This document shows, in pieces, positions 15,001-26,940 of a stretch of 64,000 bases of DNA. Both the position numbers and the translations under genes were made by a program. The stretch's first letter is position 1. Each line of letters starts with the position of its first letter. The stretch comes from Phoronis australis (lineage: Eukaryota > Animalia > Phoronida): assembly GCA_002633005.1 (NCBI GenBank), contig NMRA01000775.1:89467-153466 (forward strand), written 5' to 3'. The notes under the pieces are model-generated. The model had not been told where the DNA came from and ran no database searches. It saw nothing but the letters and a program-made list of their open reading frames with translations.

Positions 15001-18000
15001 TCACTCATCCACGGGAATTTGTCTAGTTTATCAAACTTTTTCACATCGGAGTTACAGCCCACAGCACAGCAGTAATACTTTGTTGGCATTGGAAGAACAA
15101 ATAGAGTAATACAACTGAGATTAACTTGTAAAGAATCCGACAAAACTAACAACATGTGAAAGTCGAGTGGCAAGAAAACGAGGCAGCAAATGTGCCTGAC
15201 GGATGTTTATGGCATTGTAAGTAAATACATCAAGATTAAGAGTGTCTCTGTAATACGGGACAGCCCTATTAACAGTAAAACGTGCATGAAAAATTGTGTC
15301 TGAATTCTTATCCACCCATAATATTGTATCATACCATTCAAATGAATTCATAGAACTGGGTGATAGGACGGTAAAGAATTCCGTCATAGGAAGTTATGAG
15401 CAACAATCTAGGCTTATTGTGTAAAAGGATTGTTCATTAAAAGATTTTTATTTTATTTTTTTTTATTCTCGCGGCTATGAGGCCAGTGCTTTTAAGTTGG
15501 CAAATACAAAGAACTGGGGTGGGTTTTATTCCCAAGGTGTGCTTGCAAGTAATCGTAGTCATGTATTGAATTTTTATCGTGAGGTTGCCTTAAACCAGTA
15601 GTCTTAGACTTTACAAATGCCTTCTTGCTTAAACACTGACTTGGAGGATAACGGGTGAATTACCTGGTTTCGCTGTTCTATCCTCTCATTGACAAAAGTT
15701 TCATGTTTTGTAAGTAAAGGCAGGCCACTGAAATAATGTTGGTGCCTACTTATCATGATTGTTAATTACATCTCTGCAGTTTTTGGCCATATCAAAAACA
15801 GACAATCGCCACATACAAATGCACAGTCAAGTTCATATTAATTTGACGTTTCATGTATTCATTAATCATGATCAGGATACAAACAAGCAGACATCAGGTG
15901 TCGACATATGAGTCAGTTTACATCCATAAAGTGAAATGAGTGCATGGATGTAACCATGGTTGTGTGTTGACACTTGGTGTCTGATTGTTTGTGTCCTGAT
16001 GATGTCTAATAGAGAGATGAAACGTCGAATTAATACGAACTTTTTCATTTGTGCGGCGATTGTCCGTTTTTGATTTTATCATGATTGAAACAGTACAGCC
16101 GTGGAAATAGTGGTACTCTACAGGATGAGTTTATACCAGTGCATGTGGTCTTATCAGTGGAAATGAGTTAGGGGGCGTGCTTTTACATAGAGAAGATGCT
16201 TATACCCAAAGGGATGTGGAAAACATCATTTTCAAAAATGTTGACGAAATTTCCTCTTGTCAGAAATCATCAAACTTTGAAAGAAAGATCTCGTGCTAGT
16301 TTTCAATCGATTTGTTTGAGTTTTTGTCTGATTAGGTTCTTAGACATTTCCATAACTCTTTTAAAGCTAGGCAAATTTTGACAAAGATAGTCAACATTTT
16401 AAAAGGTTCTACTGAAGCATGCTCGTGATTATAAGCACATAAAGCAGTGTGTATTATTGGCCATGACTTCTAAAACAAGATTTTATTGAGAACTTGGCAT
16501 TTAAGTTTTCAACTGATGTATGTATTGATAATTTTCAGGTCCACAGGAAAAGTACTATTTACTGTGTGACAAGCTGCCCGAAGACAAAGCTGTGCGTGAA
16601 CGACTGCAGCATGAGCAACTGGTAAAACCTCTTAACAAATAATGCAGGCTTGTTTATGTTAGTGCCACCTACGGTGATATTCAGGCAAAACAAAATGGAC
16701 GACTTCAAACTAGAATTAACAATCAAGTTTACTTAGTCATTGGTGACAAAGCTAGTCTCAGAAGTAGTGGTCTCTAACTGCTTCTTAGTGCAAACGTGTG
16801 AAACAACAGACTGAGGATTTCAAGGTGGTGGTGGTTATAGAATAAGTACTGCTATCCTAAAGGTGGCATTTTTAAACCATAGACCTGGACTTTTCCGTGT
16901 TTTACAAACGTATGAGCACATAAGACTCCTGAGATCATAAGCTCGCCCTGCCGCCTCCCCACTTTTATTGTCACATCAATATGCTAATATTGGAGCAGCT
17001 GCTGACATCAGGTACAGACTCAGCTGGAGACGGTCCTGGTTTCAAGAAACTGTTGTTGCATGGACACACATTGACTCATCAAAATTTTTGTCTTTTCATT
17101 ATTTCACGTGGCGCAAATCCAGTAGTCAGTCTGTTTACTTAATTATGAAACGTGTTACTGGTGAGCTGTCACGTTGGTATTAGGAGGTTTCTCTGTCATG
17201 ATATTTAATAAAATATGACTTCTCAAATCATGATTTGAAGAAGCTTAGCATTGATCTTACTCCAATTAGTGAAAGAATTCGAAATTCATTGTGTTGTGTT
17301 TTAAAATAGCACCACGTTTTCTGTAGTTAGAATACTTATTTGGCCATTTTCACAGTGAAAGGTTGGAATTGATTTGAAACTAAAGAAGTGGTTGTTTTGA
17401 AACCATCTGTAAACATAAAAAATGTACAGTCTGAGCAATACCCAGTAAAACCTGAAAAGGACTGGAACTGTCATTTTCGAACAATGCTCTTGTCATGTGA
17501 TTGTCCGAGCTGAAGTGGAATGAACGGCAACTCACTCATTTCCAGCTGAAAGTTCTTGATCAACACGAGCAGGAACTGCAGGATAACCACTTCACACGAG
17601 GCTGTCTCTTTTGCAGAACACAATTTGATGGTAACAGGTGAGCAATTTGCAATTAAACGAATCTTTATGGTAAAATAAAAAGAGTGCGGGTTGTCTGATG
17701 TCATTTGCGGTACATCAGACACGCATATGCCCCATGGTTGGGCCCACTGGCCTTTAGAGTTGTGTAGGACCCTAGGAAAATGTCCAGTTTTGGTCAGCTT
17801 CTGAACATCGTATCTCAGAAATGAGGGATTGGATTCTTGTGAAACTTTCGGATACTTCATGTTGTATGCTCCGTGCAATGTTCTCCAAAAAGCCCAACTT
17901 TTGCATAGGTGGTTATCAAAAATAGGACGTATAACTCAATAGGTTTTTATGAAAAATATAAGTAGTAACTGTAGTAGTATAAAATGAAAATGAAACGATA

Positions 18001-21000
18001 ATTTCGAAAACTGTTTACAGTTTTTTTGAAATTTTATCTTGAACATTTAATAAATCGTAAGATGTTTGCTCACATATTATTGATCTGTTGTTTTGTTATG
18101 AATGCACCTTAAAGCCAAATTCATCATCACTGCAATATTCTCTCAAAGTGTAACATCAAAGGGTAATTAACAGCAAGGCTAGGGTGGCTAAGTCATTATG
18201 TAATTATTATAGTTATTATCAATTATTTTCACTGTCTACAAAATTAACTGTCATGACAGGGAAACGGTATTTTGTCTGACTACTTTTGTCTTGTTACTGT
18301 TTTGCATAATTCCTGTGCATATGACATACTGCTCATTCTCGGCGATGAGTAATTGGCACTGCATGTCTTTTTCATTTGTTCGATTTTGTCAATTTCAGAC
18401 GAGAATTGTTCAATCACATGAATACAGATCACAACTTCAACGTCGGTCTTCCCGACAATCTTGTATACACGGCTGAGCTGTTAGATCTATTAGAACACAA
18501 GCTTTCAACGTGAGTTTACATTAGAAATTTGGAAAAATATCCTTGTTGAATATGTTATACAGCATGGTGAGTCTTACGTAATACACAACATGGCCGACAA
18601 GTGAACTAAAGATTGAGAACATTTTAGTCTTTTACAAGCATGGATTTTTTGTAGATGTCATAAAACAACATTTGTTGAAACTCTCGTCATTTGTAAAAAG
18701 GTAATCAGCCTTTGAAAAATGGAAAAATGACAATTTTGGAAATATTTTTGCGAAATATCTGGAGAATCACTGTACATTTACAAAACTTAGTACCATAATC
18801 CACATCGTCTCCTGTTACCATCTGCTAACAAGTACTTAGTTGAATTTAGATTATCAAACTTCAGGATGACATTTTCCTACTGAAGATTAATCACAGTTCC
18901 TGATTATTACTTGAAATTTGTTCTTAAATCGCGATAAAGTGGATACTCCATTAAAAAAGCGATATTTGTCTTTTAAAATGTTTAGGTCACAAACAGTGGA
19001 TAATCTATTCTCTCTGGGAATTTTCAAATGTCTCTTTCTGTTTGTAGGTTATGATTTGAATATCTAAATATTGCTATAGCCTTCAGATATTTTCTAATTT
19101 TTAACTCCCTTTGAGGGTAAGAATGGGGAATGTTGCATTGGATAAATTATCTGTTGGGAAACACTCTGATATCCGTGTTCGACCTCTTAAGGTGTAACAA
19201 ATTTAAATATTAAAGTGAGTGTGACTGGCAACTTTGAAATGTATTATTTGTCAACAAACTTTAGTATCAGTCCTTCTTTTAATGTATAGTATTGAAAGTG
19301 ACTAGATGTATATTCAAACTATGGATGGCAGATTTATTGTTCATGGTTCGCTATTTACTCAGTAGATTGAACTTTGATCAAAAGATTTTATTTCGCCTTT
19401 TTGAACATAACGAACTCGTGATTTTGCGAAATAAACACTACATAATTAACATTGAGGGTTAGTAAGAAATTGGAATATGGTGGATAAAGCACTTGAGAGG
19501 AAATACATTCAGGAACATGTTTGACTATTGAAGATATCACAAAAGTGTCAAATTCCTCCTCATCTTTTGCTAATTTTGTTTTCTATTGCAGGTTACAGTG
19601 CCTTTATTGTGAGCGAATTTTTAGAGACCGGATGACACTCACAGATCATATGAGGAAAAAACGGCATAAAAAAATCGATCCCAATAATAAAATTTACGAC
19701 AGGTTTTATCTCATCAACTACTTGGTGAGTGCAAAGTGATGGATGTGATTAGTTAAGGTGATGAATGTGTTGTGAACCTGCGTACTGTGAAAAATTAGTG
19801 TTTAAATTTAATTCAGACTACTCAATGTTATTACAAAATGGTAACAATTGCAGGTTGTCTGATACACATACGTCTCTCAGGTGGACCCATTGTACTGATC
19901 ACGGGGAACCTTAATTTTATTCTAATTATGACTAGTAGTTAAAACTGAGGTGAGGAGCTGGAGACCTGACTCAAGGGTGTAGCAGTGTGCCCCAGTGGTA
20001 CTCAAGGGTGTAGCAGTGTGCCCCAGTGGTACTCCAACGCATGACCCACACTGCCTCCTCTCACTATTAAAGGGATATTATGGACTTTACAGCCTACAAA
20101 TGCATTTTTGGGATAATTGTTGGATGATACAGCTTGGTCAAAGTTGATAGCTTTGACTAGAGCGGAAAACAAGAAATTCACTTTACTTAATGAGTATGTT
20201 AATTAATTGTTTAGTATATATTCTGTAAATTATGATCATTTGGAATGTTGACAAAGGTATCAAGTTCACTAACTCTATCCCATCCAACAGTCATCCCAAA
20301 AAATGCATTTTTTCGGCTGTAAAACCGATAATATACCGTAAATAATGACAGGAGGCAGTGTGGCTGAAAGAAATGTGTTCGCATCCTTTACTCAATGTCA
20401 TAAGTTCGAGTCCCACTGGGGCACACTACTAGACCCTTGAATTCATGTGTTGACTCTAAAGCAGGGGGAATTGTTAAGGCTAGTATTATGCAAGTTTGGT
20501 GATGTCACGTAAATCTTTGCTGTGTATTGCTATTAATTGTGAGGGATTTCCCAAGAAGCCTGCTGGGTGCCATTTTTCTGATTCGAAGAAATTTTACGTC
20601 TACAAAAAGACCCCGAGGTGCTCCGTCGAAAAAAATAGTGGGTATCTTTCAGCAACTTGTATAATTGTATACCACTTGCTCAATGCCGTCATGGAGGGGT
20701 GTTCTTTAGAGTGCTGAAAGGGGGAGTTTGTGACTGCACTTGAGATCAAAAAGTTCATCTCAGTGATGGTTGCAGCAGAGGTGATGATTTGTTTCTACTT
20801 TTATTTCAACATTGATTGCCTTCAAATACAAGCCACATTTCACTTTTTAGCAGTTGTCTGGGACGATTTCCTTTTATTTAATTCCACTTTCCTTTTTGTC
20901 TCTTTTTTATCATTATTTCGACTTTATTCGTGCCAAATATTTATTTCATGTAGATTTTACAACATAAAAAGTATTAATTTTCTATCACACAAGCCTAGTA

Positions 21001-24000
21001 TTTATTTGTGAAACAATATAGTACATTACCTGCGAAATTTTCCTCTTTTTTGTCATTGGTCATTCCAAGCCCTGACCCTTGTCTTGTGCCAGAAATGCAA
21101 AGTGATGGGGGCTCTTTTGGCCCTTGTTTTTGCAAAGAGCTCCATGGGCTTCAGTGTTGGTGGAGACTCTTTTGGAAATCACTGGTACTAATAATACTGA
21201 GTGTGTTGTTGACAATCTCTGAAAGACTGACGTGTTATTGCTTTGGTTTATTTCAACGGAAGCCTCGAGTTCGCTTCTGCATGGCAAGTTCTCAGAAATG
21301 TAGAAAAATTAAACCAGTTTTTAATCTGGCCTTGGTTGTTAAAAGTATGTTTTCAGTCATTTCGAAAATTTTTGTTAGTCGTGATTGTAAAAAGGAATGT
21401 GACAAAATTGTATTGTCGCCATGACAACTCATTCCTTTCGGAAGCAAAAATGATCATAGCTAATGACTCGTTAGTTCATCACACTCCTGACTATAGAGTA
21501 GTGTTTTCAATTTGCTAGGTTTCCAACATATCCTTTGTTATTTCCTTGCTCTCAGCTGCCATGTCTGGGAATTGAAAATAGCTTCATCCTGTTACTTCTT
21601 GGGCTGTATAGCGAATTCAACATTTAGTAATAGAAGTGAGGAACTAGTCATTGTCATTTTACTGCTTTAAATTGAGAACCAATTTTTACACCCGTTATTC
21701 AGTGGGAAAACTTGTTCTCCAAATGTGGAATCCTGTAAGTGGCTATTCCCTACAATTATGTTTTTCATCTTGCTCGACAGGAGTTGGGAAAGTCATGGAA
21801 AAATATCTCACAGGAGGAGCAGACGGAATTTGAGGAAAGTGATAAAGAGGAGTGAGTAGAATTCTAGTCTTGGTTAGCTTTCACTTGATGGTGATGGATG
21901 GCACGTCACTGTTATTATGATAACATGTAAATCCTTGCTAGGATAGCAATATTAATTTATTACTATTATAATATTAAAATGAAGCCGTGCCTCAGTGAAA
22001 GTGAAAGCTTGTACAGAGCTTTTTTTGGAAACGTGCCATCTAAAGAAATCTGCTGCATATTAAGTTGGAAGAGTCGTAATTCAGGACGTGATATGGCAGC
22101 TGAGTGAATATTATTTTATTTTTTATATAATTATTCGGTTTAGATTTTTCCAACATGGACCTGTTATCTTTTTCTTTGCGTTTAGTGTCATGGCTTGTTC
22201 CTTTTTGTCTACTATAAGTAAAGATGAACAGAGAAATCTTGTGTGGCAGCAGGTTACATGAAAACACATAATATAATGGCAAGTTGTTAGATTTTGTTAA
22301 AAATAAGCTTAAATTTTATACCAGTTTTCATTGAAAGGAATGGTTTTCGTTGTACAAAGTTCAATTTTTTATTGTATTCATTCATAAATAAGGAAACCAG
22401 TAAGTTAGTGTTACAGTGTATTAGGTACTATTTAGCCTCATTTCAGTCTTTTTAAAATGTTTGGTCATGACAAACATTTCATCTGTAGGTACTTTTCTAT
22501 CACCTTGTGATAAAGCCATCTGATGAACTTTGTTTTAATAATTGGATTTAGATCATCAGATTTTTTCATGTCATATTTTTCATTTTGGACAAAGGTTAAT
22601 GACGAAATTTTAATCAGCTGAGTTCCCCCTGTGTCAGCGCACTCTCCTGCAAGAGGGTTATCCTGCGCCTGCGCTTTTCTGATTAACAAGAAATTTTTAA
22701 AAACATATGATTGTACTAAATTGGGGTAACCAGTTTACTATTTATCGGAAGTTTGTATTGAAAATATTGGTCTGGAGGGCTTTCAGAAAGTTTGTTTGAA
22801 TGAAAACTAACAGAGGTCACAAAAATTCAAATTTATAATTTTAGAAGAGATGGTGTCATTTTGAAACTACTTAGTTGCCAGGTGTGTTTGCTTGTGTCCT
22901 TTTGTAAATTCGACTTTCCTCAATAAACGTTAAAAATTTATATCTTTCTCACCAGGGAATGGCAAGAGCAGGCAGAAGACATTGTTGGTCACGGCGTCTG
23001 CCTATTCTGTGATACATCTGCTCCCGTCTCTGAAGGTCTTTTGGATCACATGACGGTAAGTGTGACCGTCAGCTGGTGCTTGCAATTGTGAAATTTTCAT
23101 GCTCATAATCGGTTATGTTTTTCTTGTCATTGCTCAGGAATCCCATAACTGTCAGTAGTCATCAGTAACTTTAATGTTTTTCTATTAGTTAAAAGGAGAA
23201 TGTTTCAATATGATGATTGGATATTTTAATTGTAATTACGAACATAAAGGTATTTTGGAATTACGCTACTTAATGTTATTCAGCATGAGTTATATTCTGT
23301 TTCTATTTACTTCAAATTCTAACATTTCAGGAGGTTCACAAGTTTGATTTAAACAGAATAAAGAACGACCTCAATTTGAATTTTTACCAACAAATCAAGC
23401 TCATCAACTTCATCAGACGTCAGGTATTCTACTTTTTATCGACAGATCTGATGTGTTTCTGTATAGTTCAGTAGCAGTCTTTCGTATAACACAATCACGA
23501 CTGTATTTTCTATGGGGTAGTTTTACAGGCACTCTCTCGTATTCTCTGTATGGTTTTCGATCACCAGGTGTACAACAAATTACCTCCATATCCCTTTCTC
23601 TATCTCTCTGTGTGTCACCATGAACTGTGCTTCACACCTAAATTAGTTAGGCTTTAGGTATTTTTTGGCTATGTAACTGACGGTGCTCAGTCCTTGTCTT
23701 TTTATGTTTTTTTTAAAGTACATGGGCAGCGCAGCACTGAAAAAAGTGGGGGTCTATAGCCCCCCAGCCCCTCTGTGTTGTACCGCCCATAGACCATGGG
23801 CGGCTCATCACTGAAAAAAGTGGGGGGCTATTGCCCCCCAGCCCCCTATGGTACGCCACCCATGAAATAGCGGAGGTTTTACTTTCCATATTTTTTATTG
23901 AAGTTGTCCCCTGCTTGAAAACCACACTCATACTGTGCTAAGTACTCAATGTGTGAGAAGGCATATTCTTTTTTTCTCCTAGGTCCATCAGTTGTTTTGT

Positions 24001-24728
24001 GTTGGATGCCAAAGGAAGTTTGAGTCTTGTGCTGAACTAACTAGTCACCTAACTCAATCTGGTCACATGTCGTCGTTATTGGACCCCTCTGTTTGGGACC
24101 AACCGCAGTAAGTGTCCATCAAAACCAACAACAGACTGAGCTAGAATTATAGGCACCCATTTCTCGTGTTTTTCGACTTCATGACTAAAAGTTTTTCAGT
24201 GGCAGGCAGAACCAGTGTGTTGATATGTGGGTGTTGGTGTAATGGTTTGAGAATTTTCTAAACGATTTGAATTGAAATCTTCATTCAATACTGGTATAGA
24301 CTATTGGGATATAATAAAACTCTTGAAGCATGCAAGTATTGATACAATTGTTATCTGAAGGTATAAATTAATTTTGAAGTCAGCCACAGGTATTGCTGGC
24401 GTTGGTTTGCCCAATTTAAGGAAAACGTAAAGTATTCCTCATCTAAGAATTTCCGTCATTGTTTTTGTGTTTATTCTTTTAAAACAGCACCAGTTCATAG
24501 TATGGTTAATCACTGAACTATTTTACTACCACATCAAATGGATTTTGTCCTTCTAGGTATTATTTTCCAACATACGAGAATGACAACTTACTTTGTTGTC
24601 TGGAAGACGATGATTCAGATGGCGAGGACACGCGTGTCATCGGCGAAGACACATTAGACATAGAAAGCCTCAAGCAAAACCACAGTGATCTCAAACAGCT
24701 TGTTGAAGACTGTCAGACAGAGCACTGA
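12075..24728 (+). CDS. ZNF277: Zinc finger protein 277 homolog, 12 exons, ~435 aa
   Basis: Exons: 12075-12105, 13772-13976, 14631-14722, 16539-16621, 17546-17637, 18399-18509, 19592-19724, 21781-21851, 22956-23055, 23331-23423, 23983-24107, 24557-24728. GT-AG junctions, 1308 nt in frame. Family motifs: HKFVIGDV, YYLLCDKLPEDK, HNFNVGLPDNLV, LQCLYCERIFRDRMTLTDHMRKKRHKKIDP, YDRFYLINYLELGKSW, LNFYQQIKLINFIRRQ, WDQPQYYFPTYENDNLL. Confidence 0.94.
12589..13392. mobile_element. hAT-like non-autonomous element
   Basis: CAGGGCTCGA ... TCGAACCCTG termini with subterminal GTCGCATTTTGCGAC palindromes at both ends; the 8-bp TSD is not preserved. Confidence 0.5.
14985..15089 (-). pseudogene. THAP-domain N-terminal fragment, transposase-derived remnant in a ZNF277 intron
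   Basis: Translates as MPTKYYCCAVGCNSDVKKFDKLDKFPWMSDLKFF, matching the M-P-x-C-x-V-x-G-C ... FF start of THAP domains; truncated. Confidence 0.45.
15790..16075. repeat. Long fold-back palindrome / MITE
   Basis: Left arm ATCAAAAACAGACAATCGCC...TTACATCCAT pairs with right arm ATGGATGTAA...GGCGATTGTCCGTTTTTGAT over ~130 bp with a short loop. Confidence 0.7.
19850..20062 (-). mobile_element. tRNA-derived SINE with an internal 31-bp tandem duplication
   Basis: Collinear with 52018-52246; ACTCAAGGGTGTAGCAGTGTGCCCCAGTGGT occurs twice. Confidence 0.65.
20067..20344. mobile_element. Kolobok-like palindromic MITE
   Basis: TTAAAGGGATATTATGGACTTTTACAGCC..ATGCATTTTTGGGAT..TGTTGGATG on the left, inverted copy on the right, arms ~90 bp. 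Confidence 0.6.
20350..20460 (+). mobile_element. tRNA-derived SINE 5' portion
   Basis: GGAGGCAGTGTGG head, B-box AGTTCGAGTCC and CCCTTGA core, as in the other copies. Confidence 0.6.
23720..23865. repeat. Two tandem ~70-bp GC-rich mini-MITEs
   Basis: CATGGGC(A/G)GC..CACTGAAAAAAGTGGGGG..CTAT.GCCCCC.AGCCCC..CCCAT, present twice. Confidence 0.5.
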
Positions 24729-25406
24729 GTCTAGGTATCAGATAGTGAGGACATGTTTCATTAAGCAAGACACCCAACAGATGGTGAAAAAGGTCTGTAT
24801 AGTATCGTCTGTGATATCAAAAGGCTAGTTGAAGGATTGTGTGGTGAACATTGACGACATGCTGAGGGACGAGGCCTCTGACTGTGAGGTCACTCGTGTC
24901 TTTGAACATGACATTATAGTCATTGAAGAAAGTCTGAAAGATAACCGCAGTAAAGACTGTGGGATGAAACGGACGACATGCTGTGGGTTGAGGCTTGCAA
25001 CTGAGGGTACACGTGGCACCATTAAGCAGCACATAACAGACATTGACACTCTATAGAAAGTCTTTCTACGTTTTTTGCCAGCCCCAGAAATTGCCTTCGC
25101 ATTTATATCCAGGTTCTCATTCACTCCATTGCATACATTCACTGTCAAGGTCAAGGTTAGTGGAGTGGGAGACACCTTGTCTGCCAGTAATCTCAGGATT
25201 CGAACCCTGTTCTCCCAAAATGAAACTACGGAGTTCAAACCACTGACTGTCTATGGTGATATCAAATAACTCATTGAAAAGTGTTGTTTTTAAAATTTCT
25301 ATAGGGAAATGAAAGTGCTAGAAATGGTATCTTGCTATAAGGAAGGTGACACTGAGACAAGTTAAACTGTGGTGATGCAGGTACCAACACAAGCAGCAGA
25401 TTAGGG

Positions 25407-25952
25407 CTCGCTGGTTCCCTGCGCGCAGGTACCATTCAGTAGCACGTGCTTTATCATTGGTTGATGTAACCTCGGCAATCATTGGTTAGCTTTACAACAA
25501 AGTGAGAAAATGGCGAACTATGAATGATTTTTAACCTTGTCATGCGTTTCTGCAGTAAAGTTTAATAGCCGCGTGCTTCGTTAAAGCACATACATGTACA
25601 ATGAAGACACGTCTGCCCGATTTAACCGGTGTGTTATCTGTACTGTATGAATACAGGACAGCAACGTAAACAAAAGTCAGCGACAGTACAAAGATGCACT
25701 CCAAAAAGGCACAACCACAATTTTCTGGGATTCATATCTCTTGAACATGAATTTTAAGCACCTGATTCGTCTGTACAACAGACCACATTTACGTTTCCTC
25801 CATCAGTCATGCCAGTTTGTTTATGTAAAGCACTACCTGTTGATAATTTGACCAGCCAATCCAAAACGCTGGTGTAAACAAATTTCCCCGAGTAAAATTA
25901 AGTGATACCTGAGTGCTGGCTACCACCTAGCGGTATGCAGGGAACCAGTGAG
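25407..25952. mobile_element. Non-autonomous DNA transposon with 8-10-bp TSD (Mutator- or hAT-like)
   Basis: TIR CTCGCTGGTTCCCTGC / GCAGGGAACCAGTGAG; flanking direct repeat CAGATTAGGG / CAGATTGGGG. Confidence 0.7.
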
Positions 25953-26589
25953 CAGATTGGGGTTCAGGGAACACCAGACATGATTAGCGCCACCTAGTGG
26001 TCAGCAGCGTAGTGTACAAATTGGATGTCCACATTCTCTGTTCCCACGCGGTGCTTCTACATTTTATTATGTCTTTAGAAATTTCCTCAGGAATAAAATG
26101 ACTGTGTGGTTGTACATGTATGTTAGGTTTACTTAATATGTGCAATAAAGTTGGACATTTATGTACAGAACAATGTTGTCTTGAGGCCATAAGCTTACAT
26201 GTATATTCAAAATATTTACATGAATTTTTACTGATGAACTGCAAATGACAAACTAGCTTGTGTGATGCTATTTGCAAAAGTAGGATTATCTGGCAAGCAT
26301 ATTTGACTTCACTTGTAAATATTGTTCGAGGTTGCCGTGAAACGTTGAAAAAGGTTGATCTAAAAAGCTTTAAAGTCCTCTCAGAGATGGAAAACTGGAC
26401 TTGGATTGTATATTGGCCAAACTTGAATAATATTGTTCTGTTTTAAGTGGACGACATACTTTCCAGCTTGAAACAGATGAGTATAGGATTTGTTAAGGAT
26501 ACCAGTTAGCATCCAAAAGGTTTTGTCGTGTTTTGGGTAAGCCTAGTGAGAAAGGAGACAATGTCCATAGTTTCGGACATTCATCATTT

Positions 26590-26940
26590 CATTTTGGGTA
26601 GGCCTGGTGCGCTATAAGACAATGTTCATTGTAACTCCATTTTGGATAGGCCTGGTGCGCTATAACACAATGTTCATTGTAACTCCATTTTGGATAGGCC
26701 TGGTGCGCTGTAACACAATGTTCATTGTAACTCCATTTTGGGTAGGCCTGGTGCGCTATAACACAATGTTCATTGTAACTCCATTTTGGGTAGGCCTGGT
26801 GCACTACAACACAATGTTCATTGTAACTCCATTTTGGGTAGGCCTGGTGCGCTATAACACAATGTTCATTGTAACTCCATTTTGGGTAGGCCTGGTGCAC
26901 TATAACACAATGTTCATTGTAACTCCATTTTGGGTAGGCT
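26590..26940. repeat. 48-bp minisatellite, ~7.3 copies
   Basis: Unit CATTTTGGGTAGGCCTGGTGCGCTATAACACAATGTTCATTGTAACTC, near-identical copies, no spacers. Confidence 0.95.

Noticed and set aside
24726-24734. Selenocysteine or readthrough of the ZNF277 TGA into the downstream repeat units
   Set aside because: An in-frame TAG follows after one codon (TGA GTC TAG).
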